Positions 48,695 through 64,000 of a DNA stretch of 64,000 nt are shown here, piece after piece. The stretch lies in the NCBI RefSeq assembly GCF_009914755.1, contig NC_060931.1. One strand, 5' to 3'. The stretch's first letter is position 1; each line of letters begins with the position of its first letter. Made by a program: the position numbers and the translations under genes. The notes beneath the pieces were generated by a model. The model was given only the letters and a program-made list of their open reading frames with translations, was not told where the DNA came from and did no database searches. This DNA is from the human T2T-CHM13v2.0 reference genome, Homo sapiens.

Positions 48695-48880
48695 TTTGTT
48701 CTTGCATCAAATTATGTTTTAAGTAAAATATTAATATTTTAAGTAAAATATTTTAAGTAAAATATTAATATTTTAAGTAAAATTTTATTTTACTTTTAAA
48801 ATATTAATTTTTTACTTAAAACATTAATTTACTTAAAATATTAATATTTTACTTAAAACATAATTTGATGCAAGAACAAA
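48695..48880. repeat. AT-rich palindrome: perfect 53-bp inverted repeat with an 80-bp spacer
   Basis: 48695-48747 is the exact reverse complement of 48828-48880. Confidence 0.95.
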
Positions 48881-49453
48881 ATATTAATATTTTACTTAAA
48901 ACATTTAATATTAAGTAAAGTATTAATGATCCTAATAAATGGGGAAGGAGCTCAGACAGAACCCCATTCCCTTCAAAGCAAGACAACTTTGAATAGCTGT
49001 GAATCTTCATAATGGCTTCTCTTTATGAAGCCATTGTTTTATTCAAGGATCTACTAATTGGGTAACACCATCTCCTATGCACAAACATGCCCTAAACTTG
49101 GACTCAGTTACAAATAGGGATGAAGGTAAGAATGGTCAGACTGTCTGGATTTTCCTTCTCTTAGTGTTTCTCAAAGCATGGTCTAAGGACCAGATAGGGC
49201 CATGATACCAGACATGCAATAGACAGACCTGCACATTTGCAGCATTCTCCTCCAGAGACAGATTCACATGGTCAGGTACAGACCCAGAATCTGCAAGGTC
49301 TGCCACCCACCTCCATTCTCTGCCCCTGGATAATTCTGATACAGGGGATTAGGGTGAAACTAGTGGAACCCATATATACCACGCTGTTCTCATCAGAATG
49401 AAACTACAAAATTCACTAACATCTCTCTTGTTTTTAATTTTAATTATACATGT

Positions 49454-50234
<781 letters not shown>

Positions 50235-50341
50235 AATATAAAATATTTCAACAAATACAAGTAAATTAAGTAAAAAGTTCCCTCACCTCTTCTCTAAATG
50301 TACTCTTCCCCCGGGGTGACCACTTTTATCAGTTAAATTTA

Positions 50342-53040
50342 AGGATTTCTTGTCTTCTTGTATCTTTGGATTGATATTTTTCATCAGTTTTGGAAAATTG
50401 TCTATTCAGTTTCTTTTCAAGTATTGCCAACTCCTCATTCTCTCTTTCCCTTCCTCTTCTCTGGGAACTAAGATTATATGTTTGTTAGACCTTCTTTCTC
50501 ACTGTCTCTTCCTTGACTGTCATAATTTCTGTACTACATTCCAGATGATGTTTTATTTTAGCTTCCAGTTTGCTTGTTGGCTCTTCACCAGTACCTAATC
50601 TATTGTTAATTCTGATTACTGAGATTTTCAATTTTGATTAATATAGTTTTTGTTTTTATAATTTTTTTAAATTTAACTTTTTATTTGGAAGTGATTTCAA
50701 ATTTGAAAATCATTGTAAGGTCAGAAACTGTGTGAATAATACCATATACCCTTTACCTAGAGCCTCTGATTCTTATTTCACTCCATTTGATTTATAATTT
50801 GTTTTTTCTCTCTCGGATATATTTTTTTCTGACCATTTAAAGATAAATTTCATACATTATGACCTTTTTCACTAAATAATTTAGGTTATATATTTCTTAA
50901 TAGGCATATTCTCTTACCTGATTACAGTATAGTTATCAACTGTGAATATTGCTGCAACGAACATGAGAATATAGCTACCTCTTTGGCATACTGATTTCAG
51001 TTTCTTTGAATTTATATCAGAAGTAAGACTACTGGATGATAATGTAATTCTATTTTTAATTTTCTGAGGAACTTTCATACTGTTTTCCTTCATGGCTGTA
51101 TTAAGTTACATTCCCATGAACAATGCACAAGGGTTCTCATTTCTCCACACCACTGCCAACCCTTACCTTTCATCCTTTTGATATCTCATTGTGGCTTTAA
51201 CTTTAATTTCCCTGTTGATCAGTGATGATGAGCATTTTTTCATATGTCTGATGGCCATTTGTATGCCTTCTTTGGAGAAGTATCTATTTAGGCCCTTTGC
51301 CCATTTTTTGACTGGGTTATTTGTTTTATTGCTATTGAGTTATTTGAGTTCCTTATATATTTTGGATATTAACCCCATATTAAATATATGGTTTGCAAAT
51401 ATTTTCTCCCAATCTGCAAGCTATTTCTTAACTCTGCTAATCGCTTTTTTTTGCCATGAAGAAGATTTTTAGTTTGATACAATCCCACTTGTTAATTTTT
51501 GCTTTTGTAGTCATATTCAAGAAATCTTTTCCTAGACCAATGTTGTGGAACGTTTTCCTATGTTTTTTTCCAGTAGTTTTACAGTTTCAGATCTTACATT
51601 TAAGTTTTCAGTCCATTTTGAGTTTATTTTTGTAAAAGGTGTGAAGTAAGCATCCAGTTTCATTGTTCTGCTTGTGGATATCCAATTTTCCCAATACCAG
51701 TTATTAAAGAGACTATCTTTTCTCCATTGTGTGCTATTGGCATCTTTGTAGAAAATCAGCTAACCAAAAGTGTGTGGGTTTATGTCTGTGTTCTCTATCC
51801 TGTTTCATTGGTAATTTGTCTTTCTGCCAGTACCATACCTTTATGATCACTGTAGCTTTGTGATAGATCTTGAAGTCTAGGTAACGTGATGTTTCTTTTT
51901 CATTTTTTCTTTATGTAGTCAATTTATGAATTCCTATTTTCCTAAGCAGTCTTGAATTCATTACTAAATAATTTTAGTACTCATTTCATATTTGGCCAGT
52001 GGTGTCCACATCTAAAATGGCTCCTGTAACCTAGTGATGTGCTCATGTCATTGATTTGAGCAGTTGTTTATGTTATGGCATAACAAGATGTCATTTTGTA
52101 TCTACTCTGCCTTAGTCCTGGAATGGAAAAAAGAAATTTTTTGAATTCAAAACTGTTGATTCTTTATTTAAAATCTTTAACTCTGTTAGTACATACTAGG
52201 TGGTGTTGATTTTTTTTGAGACTGTTATTCTTCTTGAGACATTACATATACTTAGCGTGTCTGAAATTTCAATGTCTGAAGCATTTCCAATGATTTATGT
52301 ATCTGATTGTTGTTATCTGCCAGCTTTCACTCATCCTTTTGCCTTTCCTTACTTGTTTGGTAATTTTTACTGTGAATTGCTTATTTCCCTGAGAACTTTG
52401 TGTGAGTATTGCTTGTTTTTCCTGGAATTTTTAGGAATTCTTTGACACCTGGGAGAAGGTGGTTTTTACCAGATATTTGATTATTTCATGCCTCTAGTGA
52501 AACTACCTGTGTGAGACCATCTTATATTCTCAGGGTGAGGTTTTTCTTTTCAGACCATTTTATGTAAATTAAGGCTTTAAAACTCTATGAGAGTCAGCTT
52601 GTCATTATGCATTATCAGAAGAGATTTTTTTTTTCTGCCGGCAATACTATTTGAGATGAGAAATTTTCATTGCAATTTACTTGAGGGAGAGGGTAGTTTA
52701 TTTTTAGTTCATCTAGCACTGAATGTGTAGTAGGTCTTTTGTGTATAGCTCTGTTGGGATCTTCTACTAGATGTCTTACCTGGGGTGGGGGCCATGTGCT
52801 ATGCTCTTGATCCCTGGATTTGTGAAGACTTGAAGCCAAAGCTGAAGTTCTAACTAGTTTGGGAAATATTCATAAGAGGAAACAAAAACTAAATTTTTTT
52901 TCTTCTCTTTGCTTTATTTTTGACCTGAGTATTGCTTACTTTCTGTCTAGCTCATGGATGTAGATTAGAATAATATTTTAAACTTCATTCTGTTTAGTTT
53001 TTAAATCGTTTTCAGTGGAAGTATCAGTCTTAGTACCTAA
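50342..53040 (-). mobile_element. Old L1M, right part, with nested younger L1M fragments (~50650-52130)
   Basis: Continuation of the ORF1-region antisense consensus; a less diverged antisense ORF2 3' segment lies at ~50940-51900. Confidence 0.6.
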
Positions 53041-53855
53041 TCTCCCATGGCATAAGGCTGGAAATAGCCATGATCCTGCCAAACACGGACACTCTGCAAC
53101 CTGGAACAAAATATTCTACTCTAAAAATCAAGTAATTATGTCTTTTTTCAATAAAATATAAAGTATAATCATTAATGTAATTTACTTCTTTCATTCCAGT
53201 CTTCACTCATGCTTTCAAACATAGATTATATTATTCCAACCCTTCTTAAGTGGAATTAGTATTTCATTATTCCATAAGGTTCTACAAATACCTACAAAGA
53301 CCATCATGAATTCCAGGTGCTCTGTAACCTGATCAGGTTGGAGAACTGCTGATGCAACCAAATTTAATCACTTAATGTTCTTACTAAGCACTCATTTGTT
53401 TTTCTGCTTCTATGACTTGCTCTCACTGCTTGCTATCCCAAACACTGTCCGTTTGTACATGTTCCAATGTCACCATTCCTTTTTCGGGCAAATGCTTCAA
53501 AAGCTACTGTTTCTATAAAACTTTCCTTTACCCTTCTCTTTTGACTTGTTATGAGCTCCTTTTGTAGTTTGTAATCTCCTTAAGAGCAAATTTCACAAAT
53601 GTTATATTTGTAATATCTTATGTAGCAGAGTATTCTCACAGTCTAGAACAGATGGTTCTTCTGTATCTGTTGAAAGAAATGGGAAGATAGCAAAGCAACA
53701 TAATAGGATAATTTTATTTTTGCCTACTAGACTATCTCAGGATGTATGTGTTTTAAATCCTAAAACTGGTTAGTGGTATTTCAGTTGAAAAGGTCTTGAC
53801 CCTTTCCCTTCTAACATAACAATCCTCATCATAAGTGAGAGAGAAGATTGGGTGA

Positions 53856-54282
<427 letters not shown>

Positions 54283-56004
54283 TAGGGAGATACTAATTGC
54301 AAAAAAAAATAATGATGAAATAAGTTATCTTTCTGTTTTCCACTTTTTCTGTGGTATTCCTTTTGACATTTGCATTCCAAACCAGAGCCCCACAAATAAC
54401 TGAGTTTGCACTCTTTTGGCAAGCAAGGACTGCTCTCAGATGTATTTTATAACTTCAGCTTATATGGGAAGAACTTTTCTTTCCAGAGACGGTTTCATAG
54501 TAATATCCTTCAAAAGCTCACATTGTAGAATATGACTTTTTTTTTTCTTTGTTGTTATGTTTGCTTTGTTTTGGTGGGTTTTATTCATCATTTCAGCCAG
54601 CTTATAGAAAGAGATAGAACTTTTGTTGGATACTAAATCATGTCTATCAAAAGCACTATTGACCTTGTGTTGTTAAAACTAAAAATGTAAGAACAAACCA
54701 TTTTCTAAGGTTTTTAATTATATGCACTAAAACAGAGTAAGGCCTAGATTTATTAATCATTGGGTTATGGTTTGATGTGGAAAGAACCAGCCTATAACTT
54801 TTCCCTTTGTTTAACAACGTTATTGCTGAAAACTTTAATAGACTTAAGTGTACTGGAACTAGGGAGTGAAATCTTATCTTTCCCTGAACACCAGGGCTGC
54901 TTTGTTATGGTGTTTCCATTTGTGGCATAATGAATGTGTAGGACGCTAATGATGTGGTCTCTAGGTGTTCTCCTACTACACAGAGCACTGATAATGAGCT
55001 GCGAGTAATCTAGTACGAGTCCCTGAAGATGAATCCTGATTACCTTCATGGGGCCATTCCGCTCTGCTCCCTTCCTCCTTGATGTTTCTGTAAAGAGCAT
55101 TTGGATTTTGAAGAGAGTATTGTGTATTTGACTTTTAATTAGATTTGCAGTGTGTTGGGTTAATAAACTAGGGCTTCTTCTTCTTCAGTTTCCTCTAAAG
55201 GGATGTGTGTAAATGTTGCACAGTGGGCCAAGAGAACAGAGGGTCATAACAGGCAGCAATGGTGGTGTCGCCCACTTCATGCCCCAGTCCTGAAAAGAAG
55301 GCTTATAGTGGCTGAAGGTTGATTTCATCCCATGGTCCATAGTTACAAATGGCTTCCAAGCTGCCAAGGACCTGCTAAACCTATTGCATCTGTTCTGTAC
55401 GAGGAAGCAGTCTCAGAATGAAATATGACAGTTGTCTGTCAGGGCTGCCCCAGAGTCCTGCAAGTTGGTATTATCTGCTTGCGTTCAGAAAACACATCAC
55501 CGTGGCTGACCACAGCTTTGTACTTACTGTGATCTTAGGGCTCGCATTTTTAGGGACAACTTGCCCTTTATGCCTTTGGTCCCTTTCTGCCTTCTGCTTT
55601 TGTTTTTCTGCCAGTTGGGTTCATTTATCTTCTTTCCTGTGTGTTTTGCCATGCTTTTCTTATTATAGCTTTCAGATTCATCATGGACAGAGATAGAAAG
55701 TACTCTAGTGTCTTTATCCCACCTCAGCTCTCAGTCTGGTGTAGAGCTAAGGGAAGGAGAATTGCCTTCACAGTCAACTTTCAGTGTGGTCCCTGAACTT
55801 TTTATTTTGTTCAGTGAATCCAGCACATCTCATATTGTGCCCCAGCTATAATGGGTAGTCCTTTCCTGATCTTCTAAGAAAATTAGATGCCTGGCTTCTG
55901 CCTTGCTCTTCATTGTTTTTTAAGCATAGTCCTTACATGATGGTCCGGGCCTTCCTTACAGGTCTAATTGTGTGGCTGGGCCTTCCTTCTGCATGCCTAT
56001 TCTG

Positions 56005-56648
<644 letters not shown>

Positions 56649-58899
56649 TGAGGCTACTACTACTCCTTATGGGTAGATCCAAGGATCTGACATCATTTTC
56701 ATACATCCTGTTCAGTGTGTGAGTATAGAATTGAGGTAGGCTGACAACACAAAAGTGGGCAGAGGTTTCCCACTCATCCCCGACAGGGATTCTCTGTTGG
56801 CATAGGTGGGCTCTGGTCCAACTCCTGGCCGACATGAGCATGGACAATGTGGCACAGTTGTGGCTCTGCATCTTGTGTGTGACTGCTGCCCTGTTTTTGT
56901 TTAGCAAGCTGCTGTGCCAATTTACTATGCATGTTGTTACATATTCTGCTCTAATTTGACTGCCATTTTGCTTCAGCGAGACGATGATTGTTTATGGCAG
57001 GGCTGTAATGTGTTGTCAGCACAGGTTACTCGCTACTTGTTGGCAATGGCCTAACATTGCCTGAGACATGGTGTCACTGTGAAATGGTTTGACAATGTTG
57101 AGACTGTAGTTATGTTGAGCAGTAACAACTGTAGAGGTCAAGAAAGGGCATCTAAGAGGAACTGTGTTCATAGGGGAAAGATGGAGAAGGAATACTAAGT
57201 AGGACAGTAGCAAATGTCATCAAAGAGCTTCATTTTCACGCAATTTTCATAATTCAGTCTGTTTTCTGTGAACAGTGTTGGTTCAGCTGTTGCTCGGGAG
57301 TAGAAGCACATTTCTGAGTTAGAAATGAATTGTGCTGATCATGACCCTATCATTTTCTTCTTTGAACATTTTTAGAAAGTTATCCAGCTTGCTGAAGAAT
57401 GCACTAGATCCTTGTCCATGTGTGAGGCAAGGGACTCATTGGGCCACCTTCACAGGGTTTCATTTTTGGAACATTTATCTAAGGACTATCTTACTACCCT
57501 GAGAGACCAAGATGTAGGCTACCTTAAGTCGTATGAGGCTGCTGTGAAAATGGCATTTGTTTTTTTGGCTCTAAGAAATTTTCAGGACCTAGTCAAGCAT
57601 GTGACAACAAATATTTAATGATAGTGGACAAGGTAAACTTCAAAAGTGACTAGAAACCCTTGTGGAATCTAAGACAGAGGGACTCTAACAAGCTTGATGA
57701 CATTTTGAATACGTTTTGTATTGATTACTGACTCTTTTCCCAATAATCTGTGAAGCTGGCTTTCTGTTTGGCAAGGCAGCCCCAAAAGGAACCTTCATCC
57801 CATACCTCCATGCAGGAGTAGCACAGAACAGCACCCAGCATCGGGCCCTCCAGAGTCTGGGAGGGTTCGGTTGTCTCATGAATTATGTGGTGCCCTTCAG
57901 GAACTCACTTTGACCTCTGATGCCTTTCCTTTCAAGCAAGTGGTGTGGAAAAATATTAAAACTCTCAGTAATGACAGTTTCCAGATATGCATATCTTTGA
58001 GTGGACAATGAAGGCAACATTTATATTCTGTCCACGATGCGAGCATGGTATGCATTCTGCAGCTGTCACAGAGCCTTCCTTCTGGTACCAAATACCTTAC
58101 TTCCTGACAGGTATGACCTCTGAGACCTCCCTAACCCCTTTCTTTCATTTCATACAAAAATCTAGAGCTTGGCTTTTTTTTTTTTCCTTCTTTTTTTGTA
58201 AAAAGAGGTTTTTCCATTTTAAAAAGCCTTTTCAGTTCTTAAACTTGATCATTGATATGTTCCACCTCATCAAAAAGAGGAGTGCAGCTAAACTGACAAT
58301 CAGTTCATGCCATTGGCCTCACTCATCATCATGTCAAGGACCTGGCATGCCCATTGAGAAGGGCCTCTGTGCATTCTGTCCTCACCAAGCCTAATTCCTT
58401 CCCCTGTTGATGGTTTTGCCAGATTCTTTGCCTGTTGATGCCCATGCCAGGGCCACGGTGCTTATGCCAAAGCCTTTGACAGAATGAGTCAAATCTGGTG
58501 CCAGTCACCCTTGGCATATGCCACCTTGTTCTTGACCACTTCCTACCAGGGATGGGCTGAAAAGAATAGTGTCTGCTAAGAGCTTGTAGAGGACTTTTCT
58601 GTTAAGTGCTAAGTGTTGACATTACTCCAGTTTGAATCAGATCATTTGGAACTCTTGCTTGGATCTCTCAAAGCTGTTGACTCATTTGTATCTTGGCCTC
58701 ACATTAGTGGGGTAGATAGGAGCCAAAAAGTTTGAGTGAAGTCAGAATAAATATATTTTAAGTGTGGATCTGTGGAGAAGAAAGAGGTCCCAAGAGCATA
58801 ATGAAAACTGTGGTTAAAACTGTGAATCAAGAGGTTTGTTTTAATTTGCCATTTTCTTACGAAGTTTTAAAATATTTTCTAATAAAGCTTCTTATTTAT

Positions 58900-60385
<1,486 letters not shown>

Positions 60386-61041
60386 AAATATATTTGTTGT
60401 AATCCCACTTTTGCCACATAAACAGGGTCCAGAGAAATATTAGGTATTCCTTCTCTCTCTCTCATGTATATCCTGATCAAAACATTTATATGAACATATT
60501 GAAATCAGATTTAAATATCAGTTTCCCTAATGGACTCAGCTGGACTCAAGTTAATTGACTTAATAAAATTTCGAATCTCATTTGTTCCTATTTTCTCCTC
60601 CCTACAGTTGTTATCTTTACTGTTATTTGAAGGACTTGAATAAGTGAATTTTGAATTCAGATAATACACTATAGGGAGTAGGAAAGCAGACCCCTGGCCT
60701 CAGGAGCGCCTCTTTGATCATGAATGTCTATGACTGCCATTTTGTTCTCTAGATTCATGTCTTTATATTGTCTATTTGGCTTATAGTTTTTTCTATCACC
60801 ATTTTTGTTTTCAACTGTTTTTTCACTAAAAGACAAAATTTGATTTTCATGCTATTAATTTCGTACTAAAAAGAGCACAGCAGGCATAATTAAAGCATTT
60901 TAAGATGTAGTAATTTGATTTAAAATATTTTACTAAGCGATATATTACAAAAAGTTATTTAATTATCTGTAAACTTTAAAAGCAGGTATTAGCATTCTAT
61001 GGCTATTGTCTTTAATAATTACATTTTAATTTTAATTTTAG

Positions 61042-61320
<279 letters not shown>

Positions 61321-63044
61321 TAAAGACCTGACATCTTAGTTGTTACTGTGAAATTGATTTTCTTGTTTTCTCCTCATCTTAACCTTGTTTTATATATCAA
61401 AGTAAAGAAGAGGAACTGTTAAAACTTATATGAAGTATGGCTGAATCTTCAAAAAGATATCAAATATTTAGAAACTAATTTTAAGCTGCATATGTTTTAT
61501 GAATGGTAGCAATACAATTTATAACTGTCATTTCTGAAATCTCCGGATTTAGGTCTCCATTGCCAAAAAATGTAAAAAATAGAATTATGACAAGTGATCT
61601 CTTGAATTAAAACCAAATGTTTTTGTATTACAATACCTGTGATGATGATTCCAAACAGGCTTCTCTTTAATAAGTGGCCACAGTAGAGTCATGATGTTAG
61701 CCCTTATATTTATAATGAGGACAATTCTGGGTCACCAAGGGCCTGGATATGGGACCCTTGGGGCCCACTGTGATATTTATGGACATGAAATACAGTCATA
61801 GGCCATTTATCAGATTTATCAAATTTGGAAACTTCCAAATAAATTAATTTGACAAATATACATAAACTTCAGTAAATTTTATTAGTTTTATTTTTTGCCC
61901 TGTGTATTTGCATAAATGTTACTAGGAAATATATTTAATAAAAGTAGAAGGATTTTTTTTTTTTGCGTGATACTCAGCTATATTCTTCCAATAGTTGTGG
62001 AACAGCTTAGTGCCTTCAGCAGTGGCAGTCTCCTAAAACGATTGTCTATCAGTTAAAGGTTAACTGAGTATTTGGACCAAGTAGCAAACTAGAATTCTTT
62101 TCATCTAATCTCTGTTTAATATAGGGATATCCAATATAACATCCTTGGGTCAGTGTAGTACATCTTACGTTAAGTTTTGTCTCTAATGAATATTTATATT
62201 ACATAAATGGGAAAATTGGTGGGTTCCCTTGGTAGAAACATGATATTGGTATTTTTAAAGTAAACTTAAATAGGTCAGAATTTTTATCCTCTAGAGAAAA
62301 TTTCACGTCTGATTAAATAGTTTACATAAACTTAATCTTTTTCTGCTAGATGCATTATAATCTCAGATATTATTCATGTAGCTATTCCTCTGTGAACCAT
62401 AAAATGTTCATTTCTTCAAAATGAATATGAAGCTCAAAGCATTAGTGGTCTTAAGAGCATAAAAACTTTATTACTTTGTGCTTCACATTTTTCAAGTGAC
62501 TTTGGAAAGCCGAAACAAATTTTGCATTTAGATTAATGGAAGATGTTTTCCATGTGAAGGAACTGGCAAGGGAGCAACAATAACAAAAATCCCCCAAGGT
62601 TAAAAATGTAGTGCTTTTGATTCTTCCCAGAACTGTGTTAGCAGAACAATCATTTCTCAGCATGGAAAGGTATCATAATTGGTCTATACAGTGGCAATAC
62701 TGAAAACGAGTATGCTTCAGAGAAAGCTAATATGACTCTACTTAATAATTTCCTTCAAGAGCCTGAATTTGAATGTATGTTCCACCCAGCTTGAGGCAAA
62801 CAATTTGTTCCTATAAGTTCTAGTGGAAGTTACCGGGGGGTCATGTAATTTATTTTTGTCTTGAAGTTTTCAAAACTGTGTAGAAATAAAGACACGTTTA
62901 CTTGCATTGTTCCACTAGTAATTTGATCCAATTGGCAATGCTCCTTTCTCTTCTTCTCAATTCTATTATGTTGGAAGAGTGGAAGCGTTCATAAAATGTT
63001 GTGACAAACAATTCTTCCTAGAGACGTTTCCTCTTTCTGTTTGA

Positions 63045-63377
<333 letters not shown>

Positions 63378-64000
63378 AAATGTTTGCATTATTTAGTAAG
63401 TGGTTTTTTATTATGGGTCTTTACTTACATGTGCTGTTATTGTCCTTTTCACTGGGATTATCTAGGTTTTCAATCTGTTTCTTTGTATTAATTTTTTGGC
63501 TATGGGACTAGTTTTAAAGCCCTACCACAGAAGTAGAGGGTCTGTAGTTGGAGTACGGTGAGTAACATGAGAGAATGTTTCCTTTTTTTCCTTGAAGAAT
63601 GGATAGTTTTAGGGGAATGTGTGCAGATGTCAGAAGATGGCTACATAGAGAATGAAGCATCAGAAGGTAGACACAGGTCTCTGCATTGCAAATATCAGTA
63701 ACAGGGATGAAGAAAGAACAGCAAAATTTTTAGAAAAAGTGTAAAGGATGGTTAGACACTTAGACCCTCTCTTTTATAAGTTTGATTGTGTACTTCTAAG
63801 AAGCAGCAATAAGTTGAAGGTAAAGTTATCTCAATACTCTGATAAGATGTGGTCTCTGGATTCATACCAAACATTAGAGTTCAAGGCATTCCCCTTCAGT
63901 TTATTTTATATTCCTCAAATGTATCTAATTCCTTAGGATTAATGATTTGTTTCTCTTAAAAACAGCATTTATTGCTTTAATCTGAGAAAAAAATAAGACT

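Noticed and set aside
60585-60700. Strong acceptor-like ttttctcctccctacag
   Set aside because: No convincing donor or open frame follows; such sites are common in long introns.

Overview
Human-type genomic DNA, judged by the L1HS-Ta and AluY/S/J content. It is AT-rich and repeat-dense, and I see no CpG island, RNA gene or recognisable host exon. It reads like the interior of a very large intron, probably of a + strand gene. The window opens in the 3' part of a young L1HS Ta-1 element (RT and C-terminal domains of ORF2, 3' UTR, poly(A)), whose ORF2 carries a 2-bp frameshift near the C-terminus. The rest is about 30 Alus, old L1M/L2/MIR fragments, Tigger3/MER DNA transposons and LTR16/LTR33/MST LTRs, separated by repeat-free stretches that look like conserved enhancers. 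The most unusual structures are: (1) a ~2.2-kb block of mixed genomic sequence inserted into an old L1M with an 18-bp target-site duplication (TSD), an AATAAA and an A-tail, i.e. a probable orphan L1 transduction or retrocopy; (2) a perfect 53-bp AT-rich inverted repeat inside that block; (3) a second complex palindrome at 42.7 kb; (4) a 73-bp segment copied 2 kb downstream into an LTR/MIR junction. All other ORFs in the track are repeat-derived or chance ORFs. Repeat subfamily names come from recalled consensus sequences and boundaries are approximate; RepeatMasker/Dfam would settle both. I found no evidence of a new multi-gene system.
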